Notes: generated by a model not told the origin, from the sequence alone. 64,000 bases of DNA from an uncultured Pseudomonadota bacterium (GCA_963819685.1 CAWFXI010000011.1:56173-120172), one strand, 5' to 3'. Counted from the stretch's first letter, positions 18,943 through 30,564 are shown. A program made the numbers and translations.

Positions 18943-21075
18943 ATGAGCACGATCAAGTCTCGCGACTGGCATCTATCGCGTTCAATCCGGACGCTTCTCA
19001 TGGCCGCTGCCATAGCAGGGATTGCGGCATGTTCGAAGGAAGCTCCAACCATTCCCATCGATGCGGATGACATCGCAGGCGTCGTCACCAGTGCAAACGG
19101 CCCGGAGGCTGGAGTCTGGGTGATCGCGGAAACCAGTGATTTCCCCACGACCTTCATGCGCAGCGTCGTCACTGACGATGCAGGCCAGTACGTGATTCCG
19201 GATCTGCCCGCAGCGAAGTATCGCGTCTGGGTGCGGGGCTACGGACTCGTCGATTCCGGGAAACTGCCGGCTGAGCCTGGGCAACACATCAACGTGACCG
19301 CAATGGTGGCTGCCGACGCAGCGACGGCAGCAAAGGTTTACCCCGCAAGTTCCTGGTACGCGATGATGAAGATTCCCCCTGCAAGCGAGCTCGAGGGCAT
19401 CGTCCCAGGCGGCGTAAACCAGTACCTGAGCCAGATGAAGAACATGTCCTGTGTCGGCTGCCATCAGCTCGGCAATCTTGCGACGCGTACTATCCCGAAG
19501 CAGCTGGGGGAGTTTGCGTCGTCCGAAGAAGCCTGGTTGCGCCGGATCCAGTCCGGACAGGCGGGACCAAATATGACCCGCGCCATCTCCGCGCAGCTCG
19601 GAACCATCCCCATCAAGTATCTGGCCGACTGGACCGACCGCATCGCTGCAGGAGAATTGCCGGCTGCGGCCCCTGCCCGCCCGCAGGGAATCGAACGCAA
19701 CTTTGTTACCACGGTGTGGGATTGGGCAGACGCAAAGTCGTATCTTCACGACCTGATCTCAACGGATCGCCGTACGCCGACAATCAATCCATACGGCCTG
19801 CTCTATGGGTCTCCCGAGCTGAGCACTGACCGTTTTCCCATTCTCGATCCGCAGAAAAACGTGGCCACCGTTTTCAATGCTCCGGTCCGTGATGCGGATA
19901 CTCCGAGCGAAAGTCGCAATCCCGTGCAGCAGCCGTCGGCGTACTGGGGCAATGAGGTCATTTGGGACAGCAAGGCGAACTCTCACAATCCGATGATCGA
20001 TCACAAGGGGCGGGTCTGGTACACAGCGAGAATCCGCAATGAATCAAACCCCGCCTTCTGCAAGCAAGGCTCGCAGCATCCGTCGGCGAAGCTCTTCCCG
20101 ACCCAGAACTCTGGCCGGCAACTGGCTATGCTTGACCCCGCTACAGGCAAGTACACCTTTGTGGATACCTGCTTCGGCACTCATCACCTGCAATTCGCCG
20201 AAGATGCCAATAACACGCTGTGGACCAGCGGTGGTGGGGAGGTCGTAGGCTGGCTCAATACAAAAGTATTCGACGAAACGGGCAATGCGGAGCAAGCCAT
20301 CGGCTGGACGGCATTGGTGCTCGATACCAACGGGAACGGCAAACGCGACGCGTATGTCGAGCCCAACGCTCCCGTCAACCCGAAACTCGACAAGCGCATC
20401 AGCATGGGCTTCTATGCCGTCATGCCGAATCCCGCCGACGGCTCCGTCTGGGGATCCGTCGCTTTCGGTCACCCGGGTTCAATCATTCGGCTCGACCCAG
20501 GCCCCAACCCGCCCGCGACGGCACTGGCAGAAGTCTATAACGTCCCGCTGCCCGGCTTCGGTGTTCGCGGCGCAGACATCGATCGAAATGGGGTCGTGTG
20601 GGTATCCCTCGGCAGTGGCCACCTGGGCGAGTTCGATCGGCGCAAGTGCAAGGGGCCCCTCAACGGTCCGACTGCCACAGGCGACCATTGCCCCGAAGGT
20701 TGGTCGTTCCATCCATTGCCGGGCCCGAGCTTCAGCAACGTCCCGGGATTCAGTGTCGAATCGAGCTACTACACCTGGGTCGACCAGCACAACACTTCGG
20801 GCCTCGGTGAGAACGTGCCCATTGCGACCGGGAATCTGGCAGATGGTCTGCATGCACTCGTGAATGGCCAGTTCGTCACGATGCGGGTGCCCTATCCGCT
20901 CGGGTTCTATGCAAAGGGCCTCGACGGACGTATTGATGATCCGGCGGCTGGCTGGAAGGGACGCGGCCTCTGGACCACCAGCGGTGATCGGACTCCCGCC
21001 CACCACGAGACAGGCAAGGGATCAAAGCCCCTGGTCGTGCATTTCCAGGTTCGGCCTGATCCCCTCGCCCATTAA
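18943..21075 (+). CDS. Lipoprotein with CarboxypepD_reg-like N-domain, one CxxCH haem-c motif and a propeller-like C-terminal part (paralog 2)
   Basis: About 710 aa from ATG 18943 (MSTIKSRD...). This start is preferred over 18823 because the leader upstream of it is homologous to the one before paralog 1. Lipobox IAAC. CVGCHQLGN. Confidence 0.8.
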   Translation: MSTIKSRDWHLSRSIRTLLMAAAIAGIAACSKEAPTIPIDADDIAGVVTSANGPEAGVWVIAETSDFPTTFMRSVVTDDAGQYVIPDLPAAKYRVWVRGYGLVDSGKLPAEPGQHINVTAMVAADAATAAKVYPASSWYAMMKIPPASELEGIVPGGVNQYLSQMKNMSCVGCHQLGNLATRTIPKQLGEFASSEEAWLRRIQSGQAGPNMTRAISAQLGTIPIKYLADWTDRIAAGELPAAAPARPQGIERNFVTTVWDWADAKSYLHDLISTDRRTPTINPYGLLYGSPELSTDRFPILDPQKNVATVFNAPVRDADTPSESRNPVQQPSAYWGNEVIWDSKANSHNPMIDHKGRVWYTARIRNESNPAFCKQGSQHPSAKLFPTQNSGRQLAMLDPATGKYTFVDTCFGTHHLQFAEDANNTLWTSGGGEVVGWLNTKVFDETGNAEQAIGWTALVLDTNGNGKRDAYVEPNAPVNPKLDKRISMGFYAVMPNPADGSVWGSVAFGHPGSIIRLDPGPNPPATALAEVYNVPLPGFGVRGADIDRNGVVWVSLGSGHLGEFDRRKCKGPLNGPTATGDHCPEGWSFHPLPGPSFSNVPGFSVESSYYTWVDQHNTSGLGENVPIATGNLADGLHALVNGQFVTMRVPYPLGFYAKGLDGRIDDPAAGWKGRGLWTTSGDRTPAHHETGKGSKPLVVHFQVRPDPLAH
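19054..19428 (+). repeat. Near-identical block A, copy 2
   Basis: See 16773-17147. Confidence 0.9.
20551..20933 (+). repeat. Near-identical block C, copy 2
   Basis: See 18282-18664. Confidence 0.9.
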
Positions 21076-21101
21076 GACTGCAGCGCAGGGCACAGTCGTC
21101 G

Positions 21102-21725
21102 TCACGCGGCGAGTTGTGCCCTGCATTCCACCCACTGTTGACCGACGAACTGCCAATTGACCAGATTGTCGAGGAAGGCAGTCAGGAACGCCGCACGTTC
21201 GTTCTGGTAGTCGAGATAGTACGCGTGCTCCCACAGGTCGCATACCAGCAACGGCTTGCAGGTCGCAAAGGGCGGAATTTGGGCGTTGCTGGTCGCCATG
21301 ATGTGCAGACCGTCGTCTTTCGCGACCAGCCAGACCCAGCCACTGCCAAATTGTTTCGTGCCCGCCTCGACGAAAAGTTTCTTGAACTCGTCGACTGATC
21401 CGAATGCCTGCTCCAGCGTTCGCCGTACCGGGTCAGGCGGAGCACCGCCGCCATTCGGAGCAAGACAATTCCAGAAGAATTCGTGATTCCAGGCCTGCGC
21501 CGCGTTGTTGAAAATGGTCTGCCGCGGCAGGTCCGGCTTGCCTGCCGAGTGATGCACGATTTCATCCAGCGACATCGATTCAAACTCGGTGCCCTTTATC
21601 AGCCTGGCCAGCGTCGCAACATAGCCCGCGTAATGCTTGCCGTAGTGAATATTCATGGTCCGCGCCGAGATGACGGGCTCCAGCGCGTCCAGACCGTATT
21701 CAAGTCGTTTGAGTGTGATGGTCAT
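21102..21725 (-). CDS. sodB: Fe/Mn superoxide dismutase
   Basis: MTITLKRLEYGLDALEPVISARTMNIHYGKHYAGYV...FNNAAQAWNHEFFW...GSGWVWL...DLWEHAYYLDYQN. Internal ATG of ORF 21102-21782. Confidence 0.9.
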   Translation of the reverse strand: MTITLKRLEYGLDALEPVISARTMNIHYGKHYAGYVATLARLIKGTEFESMSLDEIVHHSAGKPDLPRQTIFNNAAQAWNHEFFWNCLAPNGGGAPPDPVRRTLEQAFGSVDEFKKLFVEAGTKQFGSGWVWLVAKDDGLHIMATSNAQIPPFATCKPLLVCDLWEHAYYLDYQNERAAFLTAFLDNLVNWQFVGQQWVECRAQLAA

Positions 21726-21839
21726 GTCCCTCTCCTTCACTCGATGCAGGGGGACAGTCTGCTCGTCCTGATCGAGACTCAATACCAGACTTGATCAGCG
21801 ACTCTTGTAGGAAGCTGCCTACGACATTGTTTCCATCAG

Positions 21840-23858
<2,019 letters not shown>

Positions 23859-23881
23859 TTATTGCGACCTTGTCGTCAGGC

Positions 23882-24787
23882 TCAGTCAGCTGGCCCGGCC
23901 TGGGTCGAACCGAGCAGATGCTCGAAGTCCAGCACCTCGTCCCTGATGGCCGTGGCTCGTTGCGCCGTCAGAAGCTGACCGCGCTCATCGTGAAGTGCAC
24001 CGCCCAGCACGTCCTCCAGTTGCCGTGCGCAGTCAAACAGCTGGTCGCAAGTCTGGGCGGCCGGCAAGGGTCCGGGCAATACGGAAAAAATCGTAATGCC
24101 GGCAAAGCGGGCGTCGCGCATGGTCGTGAGATCGAACGCACCGGGCTCCACCATGCTGGCGACACTCAGAATACTGGTGCCGCTCTTGTGTGATCGATGG
24201 AAGATGCCGTACTTCCCATGGGTCAATCCCAGATTTTCGAGTGCAGTCCGCAATTCACTGCCGGCATACCGTTCCGGCAGGACAGCAGACAGGCGCAACG
24301 CGACGATCTTGCGCTTGTCGGATGACTTTGGTTTCTGCCGCATCGACTCGCTGCGCGGATGCTCAAATGCTGCCTTGGGTGGAGTGCGTTCGACAGCAGG
24401 CTGGCTGCCAAAGTGGCGTTCAGAGGGAGTCGGCCCGGCAATGATGCCTTCCTCGGAAGGTAGCAGCAGATCTTCCTCATCTGGAGTCGCCGCCATCGAG
24501 TCATCGAAGGCCTGCAGCGCGTCCAGGCGGATCTCGGGCAGATCCGTCACGGTGCTGGTCCATTCTTCCTCGCGCCAGCGATTGGCAACGGGCTGGGCCA
24601 CCTCGCCCTGATCTCCCTGTTGTGCCGTCACCTGACCTGCGACAGGTTGCGACATCGGCGGATCCATGCGGCCATGCCCGTCGAATTCATCGATCGCGGC
24701 CTGGCCCCGGCTGCGACGTCCCCACAGAAAGATCCCGAGCAGCAGGACTATTCCACTCGCGAGAAGAATCCAGCGCAGCTCGCTCAT
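23882..24787 (-). CDS. zipA: Cell division protein ZipA
   Basis: N-terminal TM (LRWILLASGIVLLLGIFLW), a charged/P-rich linker and a C-terminal FtsZ-binding domain (IVALRLSAV...HGKYGIFHR). Sits in smc-zipA-ligA synteny. Confidence 0.85.
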   Translation of the reverse strand: MSELRWILLASGIVLLLGIFLWGRRSRGQAAIDEFDGHGRMDPPMSQPVAGQVTAQQGDQGEVAQPVANRWREEEWTSTVTDLPEIRLDALQAFDDSMAATPDEEDLLLPSEEGIIAGPTPSERHFGSQPAVERTPPKAAFEHPRSESMRQKPKSSDKRKIVALRLSAVLPERYAGSELRTALENLGLTHGKYGIFHRSHKSGTSILSVASMVEPGAFDLTTMRDARFAGITIFSVLPGPLPAAQTCDQLFDCARQLEDVLGGALHDERGQLLTAQRATAIRDEVLDFEHLLGSTQAGPAD

Positions 24788-24801
24788 GTGATCTGCAATA
24801 C

Positions 24802-27800
24802 CTACATCGCTGCCATGCGCACGGCCGCATCGACATCGACCGCAACCAGACGCGAGACGCCTGGTTCATGCATGGTCACGCCGATCAGCTGCGATGCCAG
24901 CTCCATCGTCGTCTTGTTGTGCGTAATGAAGATGAATTGCACTCGGGACGACATCTCCTTGACCGTGTCGCAGAACCGGCCGACGTTGTTGTCGTCGAGC
25001 GGCGCATCCACTTCGTCCAGCAGACAGAAGGGCGCAGGATTCAGCTCGAAGATGGAAAACACGAGGGCAACTGCTGTCAGTGCTTTTTCACCACCGGAAA
25101 GCTGGTTGATGGTGCTGTTTCGTTTGCCGGGCGGCCGAGCCATGATGGATACGCCTGCGCTGAGCACATCCTCACCAGTCAGTTCGAGATACGCATGCCC
25201 GCCGCCGAACAGGCGGGGGAACCGCTCTTTCAGGCCGGCATTGACGCGATCGAAGGTGTCCTGGAAGCGGGAACGGGTTTCGCGATCGATCTTGCGAATG
25301 GCCGTTTCCAGCGTCTCGAGTGCATCCGTGAGATCCGCGAACTGCCGATCGAGATATTCCTTGCGCTCGGATTGTTCCTTGAATTCATCGATCGCCGCGA
25401 GATTGACCTGACCGAGGCGCTCAATCTTGCCGGTGACGTCGGCGACGCTCTGTTCCAGCGACGTGATCGTTGCATCAGGTGCCAATTCCGCCATGACGGT
25501 TTCGAACTCGAACTGCGTTGCGCGGAACTGCTCCTGCAGTGATTCCCGCCGGACCTTGAGTTCCTGCGCCGCCATGCGAATTTCTTCGAGGAGCTGCCTG
25601 GCTTCGTCAACTGTATTCTCGGCAGCCATGCGACGCTGATTGATCTCGTGCATGCCGGCTTCCGCGGCTTCCAGCGCTTCGCGGGCGGCAGTCAGTTCAC
25701 CTTCCAGCCCGACCCGTCGCTGCAGTCGTTCCTCAAGTTCCGTAGTCAGCAGTGCCAGGGGCGCTTCGCCAGCCGCGAGCTGTCGACCGAGTTCCTCCCG
25801 CCGTGACGACAGGTGGACCGATTGCGATCGCATGCGCTCAAGGCCTGCCGATACAGACGCCTGGGAGGAGCGCCGCGATTCAGATCTGATCGCAATATCC
25901 TGAACCGCCGCGCGATCGGTCTGAGCCTGGGTACGAGCGATCACCAGACTCTGGCGCAGATGGTCACGTTGAGCCTCGAGCGATGAGCGACGGGATTCGA
26001 GTCTGGCCATTTCGTCCATCCCGCTCTCGAGACGTTCACGAGCGCCGGCCACCTCGGTCTCAATGCGCGCGATCTCGTGATCGACGTCTTCGCTCTCTGC
26101 CTTCACCTTGTCGATCCGACGGGCGGACTGTTCCGCCTGCGCCCGCAACGCCTGCAACTGAGCCGTGGAATCGCTGAAGCTCCGATGCAGCCGGTTCACC
26201 TCGGCCTGCAGATCATCCCGATGGCGGGCAAGATCCTCCAGCCTGAGCCGCGCATCCGCAAGCTGCTCATCCGCTTCAGTCTGGCGACGCTCGTTGCTGG
26301 CCACCAGCTCGCGCAGCTCGCGCATTTCATGCTCGCGGCTGATGACGCCTGCGTGAACATCCTGGTCGCGACTGACCCTGAGCCAGTCCCGCCCGATCCA
26401 GATGCCATCGCGAGTGATCACGGATTCGTTGGGACCAAGTTGAGCCCTGTGTGCAAGCGCCGACGACAGCGTGTCCACGGCCGCAATGCCAGAGAGCAGC
26501 GCCGCAATGCCGGCGGGACCCTTGACGTGCTGCGATAGCTGATTGCCCGGACCGGCAGCGACACCCGCGGTTCCAGTCGTCGAGAAAAATGTCACGGTCC
26601 CGAGCTTGAGACTGCCGAGTAACCCGGCGACAGAATCGATGCCGTCTACGCATACGGCCTCGAGGTACGAGCCGAGCACGGTTTCGACTGCCCTTTCCCA
26701 GCCTGAATCCACTTTGAGCTGCTGTGCCAGCCGAGGTCGGCCCTGCAGCGAATTGGCAGCCAGCCATTCCGTCACTTTTCCTTGCGCTCGGCCCAGTGCC
26801 GCCTGTTGCAGGGCCTCCAGAGACACAAGGCGACCCTGCGCCTCCTGGGTATCGCGCCGGCTTGCATCCGCCAGCGACTGGAATTCGCGTTCACGTTCCC
26901 GCAGTTGCTGCAGCTCACTGACGACGGCCGCCAATCTCGCGGCAGACTCCTCGCCCGCGAGACCAGCCTGGATCTCCTGTTCAGCGAATGCGGCGATCTT
27001 CTGCTGTACGTCTGCACCGGAGAGTATCTGCAGCTCAGCCGCAAGCCGTTCCTGCTGGGCGACGAGGCGCGTCAGCTGGTGGTCGAACTGCTCGATTCGC
27101 GCGCGTTCGACCTGAGTCTGTTCGCTTGCCTGGCGCGCCTCGCGATTGAAATCCTCCCAACCCTCTTGCCAGGCTTGCATGGCCTCTTCCGAGCGGGCCA
27201 GCGCCTCAGACGACGCCAGGTCAAGTTCGCGCGCAATCTCAAGTTCCGGGCCGAGCCGTTCCAGTTCGATCTTGAGCTCATCGATCTGTGCCTGGTCCCG
27301 TTCCAGATGCAGGTTCACTTCGGTGTAACCACGCTCGGCTTCTGCCAGCTCCTGGCTCTGCCGTTGACGCAGCTCGCGCGAGTGCTGGATCGCCTGTTCG
27401 GTACGCGAGATCTCCGCGCCCGCCTGGTAATAGCGGCCCTGCACCTCATTGAGTTCGTCCGATCTCTCGGTGAAGGACTCCCGTGCCGTCTCGATCTGCG
27501 CTTCAACGGAACGCAGCTCGGCAATCGTGCCCTGCAGATGGGTCTCGCGTTCACCGAGCAACTGTCCCTTGATCGCAGCATCAGCGTCGATGTCTTTCAG
27601 TCTGAGTGCGAGCAGCTCGGCTCCCAGTCTGCGTTCTTCCTGTTTCAGCGTCTGATAACGGCGTGCTGTAGCCGCCTGGCGCTGCAGGTGCCTCAGCTGC
27701 TTCTCGACTTCGTCGCGAAGATCGTTCAGCCGGTCAAGGTTTTCCTTCGTGTGCGCGATCCGGTTCTCGGTCTCGCGTCGCCGCTCCTTGTATTTGGAAA

Positions 27801-28308
27801 TGCCGGCGGCCTCTTCGACGAAGCCCCGGAGTTCCTCGGGCTTGGCGTCGATGACCCGCGAGATCATGCCCTGCTCGATGATGGCGTAGCTGCGCGACCC
27901 GAGGCCTGTACCCAGGAACAGCTGGGTAATATCCTTGCGCCGGCAGCGGGCGCCGTTCAGGAAATACGCGGAGGTACCGTCGCGCGAGACGACACGCTTC
28001 AACGAAACTTCGGCAAATCCCGCGTACTGGCCGGCCAGTTGCCCATCGCTGTTGTCGAACACGAGCTCGACGGACGCCGTGCCCACCGGTTTGCGGGAGC
28101 TCGAGCCATTGAAGACGACATCCGCCATGGAATCGCCGCGCAGATGCTTCGCCGAGATCTCGCCCATGACCCAGCGAACGGCATCGATGATGTTGGATTT
28201 GCCGCAGCCATTGGGCCCGACGACGCCGACGAGATTGCTCGGGAAATTGACGGCGGTCGGATCGACAAAGGACTTGAACCCGGCGAGTTTGATCTTGTTG
28301 AGGCGCAT
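24802..28308 (-). CDS. smc: Chromosome segregation protein SMC
   Basis: 1168 aa. Walker A GPNGCGKSNIIDA, long coiled coils, a hinge, LSGGEKALTAVAL signature and Walker B FCLLDEVDAPLD. Confidence 0.95.
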   Translation of the reverse strand: MRLNKIKLAGFKSFVDPTAVNFPSNLVGVVGPNGCGKSNIIDAVRWVMGEISAKHLRGDSMADVVFNGSSSRKPVGTASVELVFDNSDGQLAGQYAGFAEVSLKRVVSRDGTSAYFLNGARCRRKDITQLFLGTGLGSRSYAIIEQGMISRVIDAKPEELRGFVEEAAGISKYKERRRETENRIAHTKENLDRLNDLRDEVEKQLRHLQRQAATARRYQTLKQEERRLGAELLALRLKDIDADAAIKGQLLGERETHLQGTIAELRSVEAQIETARESFTERSDELNEVQGRYYQAGAEISRTEQAIQHSRELRQRQSQELAEAERGYTEVNLHLERDQAQIDELKIELERLGPELEIARELDLASSEALARSEEAMQAWQEGWEDFNREARQASEQTQVERARIEQFDHQLTRLVAQQERLAAELQILSGADVQQKIAAFAEQEIQAGLAGEESAARLAAVVSELQQLREREREFQSLADASRRDTQEAQGRLVSLEALQQAALGRAQGKVTEWLAANSLQGRPRLAQQLKVDSGWERAVETVLGSYLEAVCVDGIDSVAGLLGSLKLGTVTFFSTTGTAGVAAGPGNQLSQHVKGPAGIAALLSGIAAVDTLSSALAHRAQLGPNESVITRDGIWIGRDWLRVSRDQDVHAGVISREHEMRELRELVASNERRQTEADEQLADARLRLEDLARHRDDLQAEVNRLHRSFSDSTAQLQALRAQAEQSARRIDKVKAESEDVDHEIARIETEVAGARERLESGMDEMARLESRRSSLEAQRDHLRQSLVIARTQAQTDRAAVQDIAIRSESRRSSQASVSAGLERMRSQSVHLSSRREELGRQLAAGEAPLALLTTELEERLQRRVGLEGELTAAREALEAAEAGMHEINQRRMAAENTVDEARQLLEEIRMAAQELKVRRESLQEQFRATQFEFETVMAELAPDATITSLEQSVADVTGKIERLGQVNLAAIDEFKEQSERKEYLDRQFADLTDALETLETAIRKIDRETRSRFQDTFDRVNAGLKERFPRLFGGGHAYLELTGEDVLSAGVSIMARPPGKRNSTINQLSGGEKALTAVALVFSIFELNPAPFCLLDEVDAPLDDNNVGRFCDTVKEMSSRVQFIFITHNKTTMELASQLIGVTMHEPGVSRLVAVDVDAAVRMAAM

Positions 28309-28489
28309 CTCGATTCCGCGGAAGCCTGGGACTTACGGAGACTGTTACGCGCGGTAGTGTAAGGGAAAGTATCGCAAGCGGAGCAGTCATTTTGGTCCGC
28401 GATTTGCTCTCGGGCGGCAGCCGTCCGCGGTCCGCGACACAGCACGAATCGCGCCTGAAAACCACCCCTGTTTTAGTGGCCTCTACGGG

Positions 28490-28518
28490 CTGTACGGATG
28501 GCGTCCCGTCTGTATAAT
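28490..28518 (+). promoter_or_regulatory. Candidate promoter upstream of the Lys-rich ORF/dksA (TATAAT at 28513-28518)
   Basis: Perfect -10 hexamer with a weak -35 17 nt upstream, about 45 nt before ATG 28563, which has a GGAG RBS. Motif-based only. Confidence 0.3.
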
Positions 28519-28562
28519 CGCGCGTTCCTAAAATCCTGGGTCGATCGGCACCGGAGACTGTA

Positions 28563-28890
28563 ATGCCCGCGAAAAAACCTGCGGCCAAGTCGAAGAAAGC
28601 CAGTAAGCCTGCAAAGACTGTGGTCAAGAAGGTCACTCCTGCAAAGAAGGCGGCTCAGCCGAAGCCTTCTCCTGCGCGTGTGGCCAATAAGCGTACGAGC
28701 GAAAAGCCTGTGGTGAAAAAGTCCAACGCTGTGCCCAAGACAGCAGCTGCCGCTCCCAAGGCAGCCGTTTCGAAGACGAAGAGTTCCGTTCCGGCACCCA
28801 AGCCGAAGGCGAAGGTCCAGGTCCAGCCGGCAGCAAAAGCGGCAGCCAAGCCGGTAACGAAGCCGGTAGCGAAGGCGCCCGAAGAAGGTG
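28563..28890 (+). CDS. Lys/Ala/Pro-rich low-complexity ORF, probably the N-terminal extension of DksA (joined through a 1-nt frame break)
   Basis: MPAKKPAAKSKKASKPAKTVVKKVTPAKKAAQPKPS...AAKPVTKPVAKAPEE. Good RBS and ATG. The frame changes by +1 at the GG at 28887-28888 into the dksA frame. After this point the ORF-track translation (to 29000) looks non-native. Confidence 0.45.
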
Positions 28891-29469
28891 CCCGAAAAGG
28901 CACAGGCCAAAGGGCCCGCCGTGGTGACGGCAGTGGCGGAAAGATCGACTTCGCGGCAAAGGATTCAGCCGGTGGCGTCTGCCTCCTCGGCGGATGCTGA
29001 AGATGCGGACTACCAGGAGCCCAGCAGGAACCTGTTGGCCGGTCCGCGCAATGTGCAGCCCTATGTCGCCAAGCGCGGCGAGCAGTACATGGGCAAGGAG
29101 CAGCTGAATCACTTCCGGCAGATCCTCTCCAACTGGAAGCGCGACCTCATGGAGGAAGTCGATCGCACCGTGCACCACATGAAGGATGAAGCGGCCAACT
29201 TCCCGGATCCCAATGATCGTGCCACCCAGGAATCCGAATTCAGTCTGGAACTGCGCACTCGCGATCGGGAACGCAAGCTGATCCGCAAGATCGATGAAGC
29301 CCTGAAGCGTATCGAAGATGGTTCCTACGGCTACTGCAACGAAACGGGCGAGGAGATCGGCGTCAAGCGGCTGGAAGCGCGGCCGGTAGCCACCCTGTCC
29401 GTTGAGGCACAGGAGCGCCGGGAACGGCGCGAGAAGCAGTACGGCGATCGGGACGACCGCTACCGCTAG
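28888..29469 (+). CDS. dksA: RNA polymerase-binding transcription factor DksA (core)
   Basis: YVAKRGEQYMGKEQLNHFRQILSNWKRDLMEEVDRTVHHMKDEAANFPDPNDRATQESEFSLELRTRDRERKLIRKI...RLEARP. DxxDxA tip motif is present. The Cys4 zinc-finger positions read C-N-E-T...S-V-E-A. Confidence 0.9.
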   Translation: MPEKAQAKGPAVVTAVAERSTSRQRIQPVASASSADAEDADYQEPSRNLLAGPRNVQPYVAKRGEQYMGKEQLNHFRQILSNWKRDLMEEVDRTVHHMKDEAANFPDPNDRATQESEFSLELRTRDRERKLIRKIDEALKRIEDGSYGYCNETGEEIGVKRLEARPVATLSVEAQERRERREKQYGDRDDRYR

Positions 29470-29482
29470 CAACCCGCACCCT

Positions 29483-30391
29483 GTGGCAACAGCCAACGGG
29501 TACATCGGCCGGTTTGCGCCCTCTCCGACGGGGCCCTTGCACTTCGGGTCTCTGGTCGCCGCAGTGGGTAGTTACCTCGCGGCTCGCAAAGCGGACGGCA
29601 AGTGGCACGTTCGCATCGACGATCTGGACCGTGAACGGGAAGTCCCGGGCGCCGCTGACGCCATCCTGCGGACGTTGACGGCTTTCGGGTTCGAGTGGGA
29701 TGGTCCGATCGTCTACCAGAATCACCGCGCGGCAGCCTACAGCTTTGCACTCGAGCGACTCCGGCGAGACGGTCGCGTTTACGAGTGCTCCTGTAGCCGC
29801 AGCGAAATTGAAGCGGCGACGCGCCCGCCCGCGGTGGAGTACCCCTATCCCGGAACGTGCCGCGATGGCGCGCGACATCCCGAAAGGGCAACAGCCACCC
29901 GGTTCCGTACGATGCCCGGAGAGGTAGGCTTCGTTGACGCCTTGCAAGGCCTGGTCACCCAGGACGTGAACGCCGCGACGGGCGATTTTGTGCTACGCCG
30001 CCGGGATGGATACTTTGCCTACCAGCTGGCCGTTGTCGTCGATGACGCAGACCTTGGAGTCACCGAAGTGGTGCGTGGAGCGGATCTCCTGGGCAACACC
30101 CCGCGGCAGATAGCGTTGCAGCAAGCCCTGGGTTTCCCCTCGCCGGGCTACGCGCACCTGCCACTGGCGGTCGACCGTACCGGTGCCAAGCTCTCGAAAT
30201 CGTCTCAGTCGGTGGCAGTCGACCCCGCGAAACCCGGCGAAGGGCTCTGGAAGACCCTGGACTTCCTCAAGCAGTCGCCCCCCGTCGCCTTAAAGGGCGC
30301 GCCGCTCAACGAACTTTGGCCCTGGGCCCTCGCCCACTGGTCACTGTGGCCATTGCGAGGTCTTCTGACCCTGCCTGCTCCCGCCCCATAG
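29483..30391 (+). CDS. gluQ: Glutamyl-Q tRNA(Asp) synthetase
   Basis: YIGRFAPSPTGPLHFGSL (HIGH-like), DDLDRER, and the KLSKS motif (GAKLSKSS). Conserved dksA-gluQ adjacency. GTG 29483 chosen just after the dksA stop; the ORF track starts at TTG 29402. Confidence 0.85.
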   Translation: MATANGYIGRFAPSPTGPLHFGSLVAAVGSYLAARKADGKWHVRIDDLDREREVPGAADAILRTLTAFGFEWDGPIVYQNHRAAAYSFALERLRRDGRVYECSCSRSEIEAATRPPAVEYPYPGTCRDGARHPERATATRFRTMPGEVGFVDALQGLVTQDVNAATGDFVLRRRDGYFAYQLAVVVDDADLGVTEVVRGADLLGNTPRQIALQQALGFPSPGYAHLPLAVDRTGAKLSKSSQSVAVDPAKPGEGLWKTLDFLKQSPPVALKGAPLNELWPWALAHWSLWPLRGLLTLPAPAP

Positions 30392-30564
30392 AGGAGCCGC
30401 CAGTTCCGGGCGTAGATTGGTCATAACGCCCCGAGGCTCGGGGTGAGCGCTCAAAATGCCCCAAAATGAACGTGTTAATCCTGTTGGGCATTGCGTCATA
30501 GATGGATTAGTATCGGGCTACAGCGGCAGACAGCGCTGGTCCAGGGGGCCATAACGGAGCGCCA

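Noticed and set aside
21085-21124. 10-bp GC-rich stem (GCAGGGCACA ... TGTGCCCTGC) between the convergent lipoprotein paralog 2 and sodB, considered as a bidirectional terminator.
   Set aside because: There is no U-tract on either side, the loop is 20 nt, and half of the structure lies inside the sodB coding region.
30434-30450. Palindrome CCCCGAG-g-CTCGGGG after gluQ, considered as a terminator or REP element.
   Set aside because: No T-run follows it and no second copy occurs in the window. Too little evidence to call.
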